DNA from: Eledone cirrhosa
Lineage: Eukaryota
Direction: 5' to 3'
Length of the DNA: 64,000 nucleotides
Assembly: GCA_964016885.1 (NCBI GenBank)
Contig: OZ024740.1
Location: 236,592,001 to 236,656,000 of the forward strand
Shown: piece after piece, positions 38,301 through 52,017 of the stretch
Layout: the number at the start of each line of letters is the position of its first letter
Numbering within the stretch: the stretch's first letter is position 1
The notes under the pieces: model-generated
What the model saw: only the letters and a program-made list of their open reading frames with translations
Database searches by the model: none
What the model was told of the DNA's origin: nothing
Translations under genes and position numbers: made by a program

Positions 38301-38929
38301 CTGCTAGTGAATGGGTCACAGGTGGCAGATAGTGATACGACCATCAGATATAAAGTTTAGCTGCAATCTAAACATAATTCTATCATTGAAAACTGCTCTT
38401 TTGAAACATTTCACATGATTATAAGATTCACTATTGCAACTACCTTCACTATTCCTGACTAGTATTACTATTTTTAATATAACATCGCTTTAGTGAAGTA
38501 AATTGGAGATCGGCAACAAATGCGTGTAGACATAACAAATGAAAATAAACCACTACGTCGCATGTGAAACACTAAAGTGATCATTGTAAGTACATCCCAA
38601 ATTCACTAAACAACAACATACACACAAATTTATATGTAGATACACACCACACATGCATATATATGTATATATATACACACAAAGCAAAAGGAAATCCTAC
38701 TATTTCGTGTGTGAGACACTATAGTGACAATTTTACACACATTGTAAATACTTTGCACTGCATACACTCTGGATATAGACTTCATTTCCAGCCTACATGC
38801 ATCTCTTAAATATATATATATACGTGCACACATCTTTTTGTATACAGACATAAAATACTTAGGAAAACAGAAACAAAACATTTTATTTATCTCCTTAACA
38901 AGTGTGCTATACTTACACATATCTGTTTG

Positions 38930-40150
38930 TTTACCTCTTGTACTACTGTACGGATGGACAGACAGAACAAAATTGCTATGGTGATATGCATGGGTGAGGT
39001 GTGCGACAAAACTGGTTGCTGTTCCAAAATAGAACATTACCTGGAAAATCATGTCTGTCATCTATGCACAGAACCCAAGAACTCTTTTCGAAATCAATGG
39101 GTTGAATGTGGTAACTGCTGTGTTTCTGTCTGCCTTCAATGCACCACAAACTTTCCAAAGACCCCAGGTCTAAAAAATGGCACTATATTTCTATAATGGA
39201 TGGACTCTGGAAAATGGTCCAGCTACTAAATTGCTCCTTTCAGTGCCTGGCCTGTGTGGCTTCCTCTGCCATTGCTGTTGAACAACAACAAAAACCAATG
39301 ACAGTGTCTTCTCCTACCATTCCTGTTAAAGAACATCAACAACAACAACAAAGGCCAATTGTGTCTTTCTCTTCCATTGCTGTTCAACAACAAAAATCAA
39401 CAATTGATATGGAAGTTGCGGAAATTCGACAATTGATTTCTGATCTAAGCCTAAAAATACAAGGAATTAAAACAAGCATTCATGTAGAATGCTCACATGA
39501 GGAATCTTATCAGAGAGCCTTGCTTAGAAATCTGCCTGTAGCTCTTGCCGAGTCTAGATGAATTGAGAAAGCTACTGAATTTGCCACCCATGAAGTAATT
39601 GCCATTGGTGTATCAGAATACATAACTGATCTTCAGGCACTTGCTGGCAACTCTTCCAAGGACCTAGACTGTGTTCTTCTAAAAAGTGCTCTCTGATTGG
39701 TCGACCAGGTCCCAAACCCAGAATAATTAGGCTGTCATTCGCAAGCTCTACTAAGGCACATGCATACCATTTAGCCTCTGATAAGGCTAGGCATGAAAAT
39801 CAAATAACCTTTCGAACTCAACCTGGCTTACCATCTGATGTACGCCCAAAGCTACATGCTGTAGCTTGCTTAAATTGCAACTCAGCACCACAGGAAAGTT
39901 TTAGCCTACACAATGATGGGCAAATATGGAAATTTGTCAAGTTAGGTGAGATATGGAAAAGGGATACTAGCTGGTCTGAGCATAGTGTACCCACAATAGT
40001 TAGCAATGAAAAAGCTGTGGGGAACTAAACAAGAACAATTTGCCATCCTCTATATATCATCATAAGCTGAAATACAGATACAAATTATTGTCCTTAAATG
40101 TTTGTAGTTTATGCAACAAGATCCCTCTTTTTGATTCTTAATTCAAAAGT
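38930..40150 (+). mobile_element. CR1-like LINE 5' part: PHD-finger ORF1 remnant and ORF2 start
   Basis: CHLC..WVECGNC..VCLQC..FQCLAC cluster, coiled-coil segment, then LLSLNVCSLCNK. Confidence 0.65.
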
Positions 40151-40185
40151 ATCGACTTCAATGCATGTGTAGGCACTGACTACCT

Positions 40186-40832
40186 GACATGGAAAGGAGT
40201 GACTGGAAGATATCCATAAATATACATGGTACAAGGAGAATTGAGGACAGAGATCAACAATTGATTTTGTTTGATTTCTTTGATTCTATGCTAGATGTTT
40301 ATGTTAAGAGAGAGGCAAATAAATGATCACCATCTAGGTATCTGCAACCTGAGATTACCTAAAGCCAAGAAAGCCTACAAAACTGGCAGGTCAAGCTTGA
40401 CCTACAGGATAAAGTGGGAAATGCTGGCAGATAAGGAAGTCAAGACCAGATAAGTAAGTCAAGACCAAATTCAGAGAACTCCTTGAGCAAACTGAAGACA
40501 TTGAAATGGAATGGAGACATTTAGGCTCAGCAGTTTTTGCTTCAGCTGTCAAATGCTGTGGACAAAAGCAGCTTGGTGTGGAACTGGGTGGTAAGAGGAT
40601 CCCTTGGTTTAATCATGTGGTCAAAGATGCCACCTGAGAAAAGAAGGAGGCTTACCAAGCTTGGTTTGGAAATAAATCCTCCTTTATGTACTTACAGTAC
40701 AAGCAGGCATGAACAGTTGCAGCAGAGAAAGTAAAGGTGTCCAAAGTTATGACATGGGAGGACTCTAGGGTTAAGCCGGAATTCAACTTCAGATCAGCAA
40801 ATAAAGTATTCTGGTACACCATCACTTGACTT
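40186..40832 (+). mobile_element. Rex3/Expander-like RTE fragment
   Basis: Similar to 4130-4890 (gacatggaaaggagtg, ctacctaaagccaag, acttcagatcagcaaataaagt). Confidence 0.75.
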
Positions 40833-41342
40833 AGTAATTAGATCTTGATTTGATATATGAATGAGAATTAACATAATATTTTTAATGTAAACCAAATTAA
40901 AGTGCTGGTGCAATGGTACATCCAGTATTCTATCAGTGGTAGTGCTGGTACCACTATAAAATACATCCAGTACACTCTATAATGGCTCATGTCATAATAA
41001 ATACACCCAGCACATTCTGCAAATAGTAGTGCTGTATACTGGTGCTACAATAAAATGCACCCAATAAATATAATACCTGGGTATCTTGTTATGTACAACA
41101 TTAGTAGAATAAATCTAACACTACCCTGTACAGAGCTAAGTGGATGATGACTTAAAACAGGCAACATACTGAGATATTTATAGCTAATTTGACAGGAGGC
41201 AATATATACTCCTTGTGTCATAATCAATAATATGGTTGCCTGGCAGATAATATATATGGTTCAAGTGTCATAAGTTGGTTTGTTGCTGTTTTTTTTTTAA
41301 ATTGATGTTTAAAAGTCATGTTTGCATTAAAATTCTTAGGAT

Positions 41343-41396
<54 letters not shown>

Positions 41397-41764
41397 TATA
41401 TTTAGAATTTGATGAGAAGTGAAATTTCGAAAATTGGATTAGAAGCTTTTGCCAAATTTTGACTACAGAATAGAAAAAAAATGGGCATCAGCATGCTCGT
41501 GTTAATTTTTTCTATTCTGGGGGCTTATATGCAGATTACGACCAGAAAGAAGTAGAGGCAAAAAAGTGAGCAGATAGTCATTAAGGAGGCCACAGAATGT
41601 GTGATGAAAGAACTTTGACGAACTACGAATAAGTAGTAATAAAAATAAATTTAAAATCATATGGAGCATGTTTCTTTTTATTGGCAATACTAAAAACATA
41701 ACCATCCTCAAATACAACTATATATATATATATATGTAGTTGTATTTGAGGATGGTTGTAGAGA

Positions 41765-41856
41765 CCAGGATTTTTTCATTGAGGATTGAAAGCAAAATCT
41801 TTTGCTTTTAAGAAACCACTGCTAAATGGAATAATTGCCTTATGTTGTTTATTACA

Positions 41857-41860
<4 letters not shown>
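41765..41860 (+). ncRNA. Decayed family A hammerhead element
   Basis: Matches the reverse complement of 14698-14794, with a 2-nt core deletion (cattGAGGA) and a broken stem III. Confidence 0.65.
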
Positions 41861-41906
<46 letters not shown>

Positions 41907-41939
41907 TACATCATATACAAATACATACATATATATATA

Positions 41940-42864
41940 TCATCATCATCATCATTGTTTAACGTCCATCTTCCATGCTAGCATGGGTTAGACGGTTTTG
42001 TTCCATTTGATGTGGGAATGGTCAGGAGACCATGTCTCACTCATACGGAAGTGTCTCTGGCAGGTCTTTTACAGCTGAATGCCCTTCCTAACACCAACCA
42101 CATTCACAGTATGGACTGGCAGCCTTTTTACCATGTCTCCTACACAACCACATTTACAGTGTGGACTGTTGTCTCATCAATACAGTGAACGGAAATAGGA
42201 GCATGGGGTAGGATGTGTAGGATGGGGTGTACATTAGGTTAAGAGGAGCCTACTGACTGTAGGTTTGTATCCAATGGCAGTCGGGTCTTCTGTACAACTG
42301 CATGGCACAAAAGTTCTCGATCCAGTGACAGTCTTAGAGAGGTGTAAGTGAGCAACGTCAGTTTTTATCACCTCATCCCAGGTTTTTCCTCGTCTACCCA
42401 CTCTATAGCTTCCATCAATTTTCATTGCCCTGCACTTTTTTATACAGCTGTCGCCCTTCATTCACATCACATGGCCATATCAACGCAATCTCCTCTCCAG
42501 AACACAATATTTGATAGCTCTTATGCTTAGTCTCTCTCTCAATTCGTTTATGCTTTACCATTCGCGCACATTACTATTACACACATATATATATCATTGT
42601 TTAACAGCTATTTTCCATGCTTGCATGGGTCAGATGGGTTGTCCCATTATCAGTCATGTCAGGTCAGGTGACCACACCCTGCTCATACATATATGTATTT
42701 TGGTTTCTATGGCTGGATGCCTTTCCTAATGCCAACCATGTTAGTGTGGATTGGATGCTTTTTATCTAACAGGGTGTGCTAGGTGCTTTTTCATTGTCAC
42801 TAGCAAAACACCTTACATGGACTGGGTGCTCTTGTAGTTGTAGCACCAGATCACCATACAGAGT

Positions 42865-42870
<6 letters not shown>
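41940..42870 (-). mobile_element. Old RTE 3' fragment and RTE-tail SINE copies
   Basis: ORF 42234-42461 (MKGDSCIKKCRAM..TWDEVIKTD) resembles the RTE C-terminus; (ATC)n tail. Confidence 0.75.
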
Positions 42871-42901
<31 letters not shown>

Positions 42902-43412
42902 TATATATATATAAATTTCAGAACCTTAGCTTTGGATAAAATAATTCAAAATATTAAAGCCAGTGTTTAAAAGTTTTTTTTTTAAATATGTAGTCAGATC
43001 TTAGGCAAGCTAGCAAAGAACGTAGGATTTATATGTGGCTGATACACAAGTGCAGTAAATAACAAGAACTTTAAATGCCCAGATGGCTTGGTAAAGGTAG
43101 TAAATAGTTTCTGTTACTTAAGTGACCAAATTAGCAGTGGAGGAGGGTGTTCCAAAAAAACAGTAGCCAGAATGAAAACAAGATAGAGAAAGTTCAGGGA
43201 GCTACTACCACTACTAGCTACAAAAGGTTATTTTTTTCCTCAAAATGAAGGAGAGATTGTAAGATGCCTGTATACAAACAGTAGTTTTGCAGAGGACCTG
43301 CCTTCCTCTCCCACACTAAACAACAATATATAGATAGTAAAGTAATATACCAAACCTCAATTAAGTTCTGAAGCTAGTTTTCTTAAATAAATCAAACCAA
43401 TATATATATGTC

Positions 43413-43517
43413 ATAAAGAGTCGAGTGAAGACCCGACGGCTGAGCTCTTGCTGTTTCAACAGCTAGAAGTAGCTGTTGAAACGGCAAGAGCTCAGTCATC
43501 GAATCCAGACTCTTTAT
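43413..43517. repeat. Long hairpin: 32-bp stem, GAAG loop, 10-bp basal stem
   Basis: 43434-43465 pairs with 43470-43501; ataaagagtc pairs with gactctttat. Confidence 0.85.
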
Positions 43518-44455
43518 AATATATCCATATTCTACTACCCCAAGTATTGAGTACTGTTGAGTAATGATCTAACCAGTTTCAAACTGAATCCATCCTGATT
43601 TATATATATATATTATCATACAACTGACGAACTCATGAATACACTAACTAGACAACTTGACCAGCGTTTTCATTAAAGGAGAAACGTGTAGGTAGATATC
43701 ACAAGGGAGCTAATTACATCAGAATTCATTAAACGTCACGACAGTTATCTCCCTTACATCATTCTGGTCCAGCCGTAGAAAGCTTGCCAAGCAAAGAGTA
43801 GAGAGGACACATCAGTTGTTTTAAAGACAGGACAACCTCTCTTATGCTGGTGCACTCAGTAGAAAACGTGACTATAGGTAAACGAGATGCAAACCCCTAG
43901 CCTGCCTGGGCGGTCAGTAGCGCCGCTTCGTAACCGACTTGGTCTATGAAGACCCGTCCAACACTAGAAGGGAAAGCTGACATTAAACTATGATGATGAT
44001 GAGGATAATATTTCACCATGTTTTTCAAATTTAATAATACCTAGTGTCACTGCTTCTCACAGGAGTAAAACATAAAGCACAGGTTTGTCATGGAGAGGAC
44101 ATCTTTGATCACGAGGCTGTTGGATCTGGGCTGAAGTGAGGGTAACAACTAGTTAAAAATTGTTTATAATTTATAAGAAAGTTAGCACATCCATCATCAT
44201 GCTTGATGCAAATCGATAGACAAAATTGTTTAATATTGTAGAGCATGATTTGAGTAATACTTGACTGCTATCTCTAGCATATTAAGTAAACCACAAAGAG
44301 AGTTTTCTCAGTTCCATTGGGAACTTGTTAATAATAGTAAGTGCCCAGAAGTGACAGTTATCTTACTAATTGTTGCTTATCCCTCAGTCAGCTCTGAAAC
44401 TGAGCATTCCATTTGTAATAATACTGTCATAATTTTAGACACAATGTCTCTAGAG

Positions 44456-46567
44456 CAGTGGTTACCAAAGTGGGTTCTGCGGAACCCAAGGGTTTCGCAA
44501 AGGAATGTTTGGGGTTCGATGAAAAAAGGTAGAGGAGTATATTTATATTATGACCATATAATTGGTCCTCTTCGCAATCCCCACACAGGCCAGATTACTG
44601 ACGACCCTAAGGAATGTGCAGAACTCATTACTGAATGCTATGGAAGCATTTTCACTGTTGAAGACCAAAATGTACCATCTCCACTACCTCTGACATCAAA
44701 TTCCATAACAACTATGGAATTTCCACCTGCAATGCTGCAACGTCACCTTAAGAGTAAATGCAACCATGCCTCTCCTGGTCTTGATGGTGTTACGTACCTG
44801 CTTCTCAAACGTGGTGGGTACTTCCTTCTGCACCAGCTATCACTCTTCTTTCAATTCTGTCTTAAGGGTGCTACTCCAGAGCAGTGGAAAACTGCCAGTG
44901 TCATTCCTCTGTTCAAAAAGAGTGACCGCACTGTCAACTATCGTCCAGTCAGTCTTACTAGCTGCATTGCCAAACTGATGGAATCCTGTGTCAGAGAAAC
45001 ACTGGAACTTCTGGAACTCTCAGTCTTATCCAGCCCTCGCAATTTGGATTTAACCCTAACTCCAGCTGCTTGAAGATATCACCCGGATCACTGATGGTGG
45101 CTCATGGGTGGATGTTGTTTACCTTGACTTTGCTAAAGATTTCAATTCTGTGCCACACAAAAGACTTATGGCAAAACTCTCTGCAATGGGTGTGAAGGAT
45201 GATCTTTTTAACTGGTTGAAGTCCTTCATTCTCAGTCGAAGAGAGGTAATCACAGTTCTAGGACAGCATTCCTCACCGTATGAGATGTCATCTAGTGTAT
45301 CACAGGGATCTGTTCTTGGTCCTCTTTTGTTTGTGGCATATATTAATGACATAGATGCCAACTTAAAGAATCCCACAGTACTGAAGTATGCAAATGACAT
45401 CAAGCTGTACCTTGAGATAAAAAGGACAGATCCTGAACACTATAGATCTTTCCTGCAATCAGACCTGGACACAATGCAGCAATGGATCACAGACTGGCAA
45501 CTTAAGTTGGTTGTGGACAAGTGTACCACCAAGCATTTTGGGAAGAAAAACCCAACGTCCACATACTCCCTCCACAACACTAATATCAAGAAGTCTTCTT
45601 GTGAACGTGAGCTGGGCATTACTGTCAGCAGAGATTTGCATTGTACGAAGCACGTCAAGAAGGCCGAGGGTGTCTTAGCATCACTCAGCAAAACCTTTGT
45701 CAGCCGCTCTCCAGCTATCTATTTAAAGCTGTATATAGCTATGGTGCGGCCACACTTAGAATTTGCATCACGAGTCTGGAACCCCTATCTTGCTCAAAAC
45801 ATTGACCGCCTGGAAACTGTTCAGAGATGTGCAACCAAGCAAATACCCTCCATCAGGCATCTACCATACTCTGAACGCCTTGCTTCCCTGGGCATGGATA
45901 CATTGAAGCTCTGACATCTGGCAACTGACTTGGTAAACACCCACAAAATTATTAACCATCTTGCCAACAACAACCCTTAGCACCTTTTTGATCTCCATGT
46001 GTCTAACACACGTAGGCATGCCCACAAAGTCAGAAAACAGCACAGCTCCCATGACTTTCGGAAACATTTTTTCACACTCAAAGTTTCTGAAGCATGGAAC
46101 AAACTACCTGTTTGCTGTCGAGACACTGCATCCTTTAAAACCTCCATGCTTCCTGAAATTCGCCAACACTACACCTAATATTCCCCCTCCCTACACACAC
46201 ACACATGTATATCATGACTCATACACTGTTCATTTTCCTGACATTTGAACATTAGCTGTGAATTGAAAGTATCGGTAGAGGGTTGGACGTCATGCTTTCT
46301 AGCATAGTTACATCCCTTTATGGTCTGAGTTCAAATCCCGTTGAGGTTTACTTTGCCTTACATCCTTACAGGGTCGATAAAATAAAGTACCAGTAATGTA
46401 CTGGGTAATTTACTGGCCTTGTGCCAAAAGTAGAAACAATTATTCTATGTACTATACATGCACCTTTGATGCACCTGAGAACTGTACACAATCATTTTAT
46501 TATTATTATTTTAGACTTTGGGGTTCCCCCAAAAGTTTCTGAGTTTGAAAAAGTTGGAGAAACCTTG
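44456..46567. mobile_element. hAT-type MITE split by CR1 and SINE insertions
   Basis: 8-bp TSD ctctagag (44448-44455, 46568-46575); ends cagtggttaccaaa / ttggagaaaccttg. Confidence 0.75.
44552..46250 (+). mobile_element. 5'-truncated CR1-clade LINE (RT and 3' end)
   Basis: SPGLDG, NYRPVSLTSCIAKLMES, DVVYLDFAKDFNSVPH, SQGSVLGPLLF, KYANDIKLY, VRPHLEFAS.VWNP. Confidence 0.88.
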
Positions 46568-49500
46568 CTCTAGAGAGGTTAAGGGAGAGTTGATTGTTAT
46601 TTCTAGCAGTTCAAGTGGTTACATTGTAGCTCCTACATTTGTTTGTTCTTATTTTATCAGTTGCTGCCATAAGCAGTAGACCACAGATGTAAACATTGTT
46701 ACTGTATTATAAAATGCTGTAAATTGAAGTCATAAAAGTTTTTGCTTGTTAGAACCACAGGGTGGCCAGCGCATGGACCCCCATTTGCTCATAATAGTGA
46801 GAGATGGGGAGAGCAGGAGAGACGGAGGCAGTGACAGTGGGAGTTTGGTTCCTTTATGTTTGAACCCGGTGTATATGTACATATTCATTTACTGCTCCAC
46901 GTGTTACATACACACACATTGACAATCTACTACTGATCAGCAGAAGTTGTTAAGAGTGAAAATTGTTTACTTTAATAACAATAACTGTGAAATTTGTGTG
47001 CTGGACTGCCAACCCCATGCTCATTTCTTCCGATTTTACTACTGTCATTTGCATCTCTGAGAAATGCACTTAACTCTGCTTGTTCTGGTTTGCCTGACTG
47101 AATAAAATAGTGCCACACCTACTATATAGTTAAGTAGTGAATTGTAGAAAATTAGAATGTTAGAATTATCTCCACTGCTATAAAAATAATTTCATTTTGT
47201 GAACTTTATAACAAATGTTATTTTAGCATTGTATATGTAGTTGAAGGATGGTGGTCTGCTGGTATTGGTTAAGCATCAGACAAATGCTATGCTGTATCTA
47301 GTTATGACTTTCTACATTTTAATTTCAAACCTCACCATGCTTATTTTGTCTTTCATCCTTCTGAGGTTGATAAAATAAAGTACCAGTAAAATACTAGGGT
47401 CAATATAATTAACATTCCCTTTTCCCAAAAGTCTGTTGGCCTTGTGCTTAAATTAAAAACCATTATAGGTAGTTGTTCTGTATCCCTAAGCTAGCCCTGA
47501 CTAAAAACATCTGCAATTAAAGGTATTCAAGCCTGTAACACCCTATTTGTTTTTTGGACATTGCACAACTAGGACTAATCAACCAGTATATCCCTTACTT
47601 TTCAAGATTGGAAAGTATAAATTTGAATACAATGTGACTATTTCTAGGTCAAGTGATTCTGCATGCTTTCTTGTAGGTTCAATTGTATGTTGTAAGTTTT
47701 CTTTAGAAAACATTATCATGTCATGTGTAATAGTCAGCAGAGTTAAACATATTTTTGTTGTTGTTCCTGTTATGGCTCACATTTTGCTGGCCTACTGAGG
47801 ATATACCTCAGAGAAGAATTTTTGAGTGTTTAAATGCCCCAGTACTATCATGTCACTCATCTTTACTCTGGTGACAAGAGGCAGGATTTGAACACAGAAT
47901 GCACAGCGCTAAAAGAGATACCACAAGGCATCCCGTCTGACTAGCTAAAGGCTCTGCCACTCTATCATCTATGACTAGCACTTTATTTATTGACCTTAAA
48001 AGAATGAAAGACAAAGTTAAACTTAGTGGTATTTAAACTTGGAGCTCAAAGAACCAGAATAAGTCCCACAAGACACTTAATCCAATACTCTAATGACCGT
48101 GCCATCTCGCTGCCTAATATGAACATATTTGCTCTATTAACTTGCAGATGTAAGGTAGGGTCTCACTTGTATTATAGTGAGTCAAAAACCTTCAATTAAC
48201 TGATATTATCTAAGCAATTAAATGAAAAATTTAGCAAGACGCGGGGTTATTAACATCTAAAAATAATAAGCACAAAAAATAATTTGAACAGTATCCTACA
48301 TAAATTTTTGGAAAATAAAAACAATGTAGATAACAGTAGATATTGTCTTTAAAGCAACAGACATATTTCAATCTTATTTGATCTTCTCAGTGAAGTATAT
48401 TCAGATCAAGTAGTGTAGATTTAAAGTGTCATTGAAATGACAAAGAAATTAAAGTGTAAAATAAATCCATTAATCGTGACAAATAAATCACTCTGTATGT
48501 TAACCTTAAGTCAACCATAGTGAAGCAGATTTATGATGAATGACACCATTCCATACAGGAACAACTCATCTATTTTTATCCTTAGTCAGAGAATGAAGAA
48601 TAGTGCCTATGACACCTATTCAAAACCTTTGAGACTGATGGGAAGAAAGGAAAAAGTTATCCTCATACGAGAGACCTGAACCAAATGCTTATAACAGAGT
48701 ACATGCTGCTAAAAGCATCAAAGAACCTTGTGGTAGAGGTAAACTGGGTGAAGGATTAAGTCAACTTACCATCCCAAAACAGGACCATTCCCCTAAAAGA
48801 ACTTATATGTAGCTTCCATTTCCATCTACCAAATTTTATTCACAAGACATTGATGAACACAAGACCATGGTAAAAAATATTTTCCCAAGTGGAATTGAAA
48901 CCAAAGCCACTGTTGTGAAACAAACTTTTTAACCACATATTAATGCCTACACCAATTTTTAAAGGTATCTAGGGTTATATTATCCAATGTACCATATCCA
49001 TTTTTAAGACAGTGAGTGTGGATTTTAGGAAGATTTAGCAACTATGTCTAACAGATTGCATAGAAACTCCTTTGTTAGCTCTTATGGGGAAAAAGTAGAA
49101 ATAGTATTCAAAGTCTTCTCAGGCTCTATAAGACTGGGAATATTGTTTGTGAGGGGAAAATTGTTGTTGTTGTCAGGGTCAAATAAGTCAAGTTCCTAAT
49201 GGATGTGACATATTTCTATAACTATGGCTTAAAGAGCAAAATGAGCCAACAACATTTCAGGGTCACAGTAGGAACATTGTTAGGTCTAGTTGTCTTGTTT
49301 GACTTTAATGACTATAGAAATTACCACACTTCTCATACTGTTTAGTCCCAGGTCAGCTCTGACTGAGCAAACCTATGAGCAAAGGAATTCTAGCCATGGC
49401 ATTCCTGTGTCTTTGCATACATATATGACAACATTATCCAATGTGCTTGTCATTTTTTTTTAATGGTAGAATGTCATTTGAGGGAGATTTAGCAGTTATT

Positions 49501-49929
49501 TTTAGTAGTTATGTAGAAATATTATCATTGAGTTTTCAATTATCTCTGGATTCAAGGTGATAAGGATAATCTAAAAACAGTGAGGATGAAATTTGTAGTC
49601 TATGTAAATAGGGAAATTATAAGTAAAGCATAAATGAATATAGTGACTTCGCCCTCTGGAGTCCTACTTTCTACTCATCCTTTGTCCATTTATTACTGTC
49701 ACTTCTGCCTTATTTGTAAATAGTGTCAAGATTATCATCTTGTTTTTTTATCCATTTGTTACTGTCCCTTGTGCACTAGAGCCAGTTGTATCGATCTTAA
49801 ACCCTGAAACAACATATTTCTAGTGGTCAACTGATGAGATGGGACTGTCTGTATTCATTCACTTTCCTGTCTTCACCCATATTTTTATTAATACATACAT
49901 ACAACACAAGATGATCATAATGATAAAGA

Positions 49930-51640
49930 CAGATTCTGAGAACTTTTACAGACAACTTCAGGTACCGGTAAAGGTGACCTCATCATCCAGGCAACTTCAA
50001 TGGACATGTGGGGCAGTACCAGGATGGAGTTCACGGTGACTATGGTTATGGCTCAAGTAATGAAGAGGGACTGAGGCTCCTGGAATTCTGTGATGCAAAT
50101 GAACAAACCATTTGCAAGACAAATTTCAGAAAACCAACCAGCCAGCCACCTGATCTCGTATCAATCAGGTAAACACAAGAGCCAAATTGATTATTTACTT
50201 GTTAGACAACAAGACAAACAGGTTGTAGTAAATACTAAGGCCTTCCCTGGGGAGGAATGCACGACTCAACACAAGTTAGTTATTAGTGACATCAAAATAA
50301 GCACCAGACAGAACAAGATACGCAGGAAAATATGGAGATGGAGGGTCTGGCAGCTAAAGGACCTTTTGGTTAAATATAAGTTTAGAAAGGCCCTACAAGA
50401 TACATTTGATGAGAGAAGTTTAGGGAACTACTACCACTGCTAGCTGCAAAAGGCTTCTCCCTCAGAATGAAAGGCAGACTGTATGATGCGTGTATCCGAA
50501 CAGCGATGTTGCATGGTAGTGAGACCTGGGCGCTGAAGGTGGAAGACTTACGTAGATTAGAGAGAAACGAAGCCTGCATGCTCCGATGGATGTGTAACAG
50601 TAATATACGTGAACGACAAAGCATAAAGGAATTGAGAGAGAGACTGAGCATAAGAGGAATCAAATGCTGCGTGCAGGAGAGGCGGTTACGCTGGTATGGA
50701 CATGTGATGCGTATGAAGGATGACAGCTGCATAAAAAGGTGCAGAGCACTAGAAGTTGATGGAAACCGCGGAGTGGGGAGACCCAAGATGACTTGGGATG
50801 AGGTGATAAAAGCCGACCTTACCCAACTACACCTCTCAAAGTCAATGACACACGACCGTGACTTCTGGCGTCACGCAGTAATACAGGGTACCCGACCTCC
50901 CATGGGTACATGCTGAAGCATATAAACAATATGCCCCCCCCCCCTCTACCGCAAGGTGGCCGTGGAGGTGCCACGGCAAAAAAGCACCCAGCCCACACTG
51001 TAAAGTGGACGTGTAGGCGCCACGAAAAAGCACCCAGCACTCACTGTAAATGAGGTTGGTGTTAGGAAGGGCATCCAGCTGTAGAAATCAAGCCAGATCA
51101 GTTCCTGTATGAGCAAGGCATGGTCAGCCGACCAGACACTGCCCACAACAGGACAACCCGTCTAACCCATGCTAGCGTGGAAGAACGGACGTAAAACGGT
51201 GATGATGATGATGATGATGATGATGAAGAGATGAGCTAGATACCTATGATGTAGAGAACAGCTGGAAACTCTTTTGCAAACTACTGACGAAACTTGTGGC
51301 TGGAGTAGAGTACCAACCAGACAGAGGGTGACCTGGTGGCAGAACAGCTCAGTGGATAGAGCCATCAAAGCCAAGAGACAGGCTTGGAAAAGTACTATAG
51401 ATGCCCTCTTTTTGATGAGGCAACTACAAGAGAAGCCACTATACCTAGCTTTTGTTGATCTAGAAAAAGCATTTGACAGAGTAGAGGTAAACCAACAAAG
51501 GCCTAGGCAGCGGTTGTGAGAGCAGACCTCAAATCACTGAGACTCACAGAGGAGATGATAAAGGATTGTGATAATTAGAGAGATGCCGTGCTAAGAAGGA
51601 CGTGTCAAACCCATGGAAGTGTGGAAAATGGGCGTAAAAA
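49930..51640 (+). mobile_element. Old, internally deleted RTE (endonuclease plus RT scraps) hosting a young RTE insertion
   Basis: GNFNGHVG, SNEEGLRLLEFC, SQIDYLLVR, TQHKLVISD; sequence resumes after 51225 with TIDALFLMRQLQEKPLYLAFVDLEKAFDRV. Confidence 0.8.
50413..51225 (+). mobile_element. Young RTE 3' copy 2
   Basis: Near-identical to the reverse complement of 18028-18835; (GAT)n tail. Confidence 0.95.
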
Positions 51641-52017
51641 CGATGATGATGAAATATATATATAAAGTAGAATAGTTAATATGAAGCATTGTGAGATATG
51701 TAATAAATGATGGATAAGTTTTAATTAGGGAAGGACATATGAATCGTTTGTTTTGTTTAGAACCGTTTTCATTAATTCATTTCAAAAGATTGTAATAGCC
51801 CTAAAATATTATGTTGAAATATACTGGGTAAAAACATCACTTTGTTTTATTTGTCATCCTTTTCCTTTTATATATTTCTACTACAGTGTACTGGCTTCCT
51901 AAAACCTTACAAAAGAACAAGCCAATGATATGTAAGTATAGAAGTAAATGTATATATATAATTCCTGGAAGTAGATGTACATATATAATTCAGTAGCAGT
52001 TTAATATACTAATATCT

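Noticed and set aside
41660-41720. Minus-strand UUGAGGA..GAAAcaug hammerhead-like string
   Set aside because: U3-G8 mismatch, no proper NUH triplet and no stem I
43621-43698. CUGACGA..GAAAcgugUA as an additional hammerhead
   Set aside because: Core words are present but stems I and II pair poorly; at best a decayed copy
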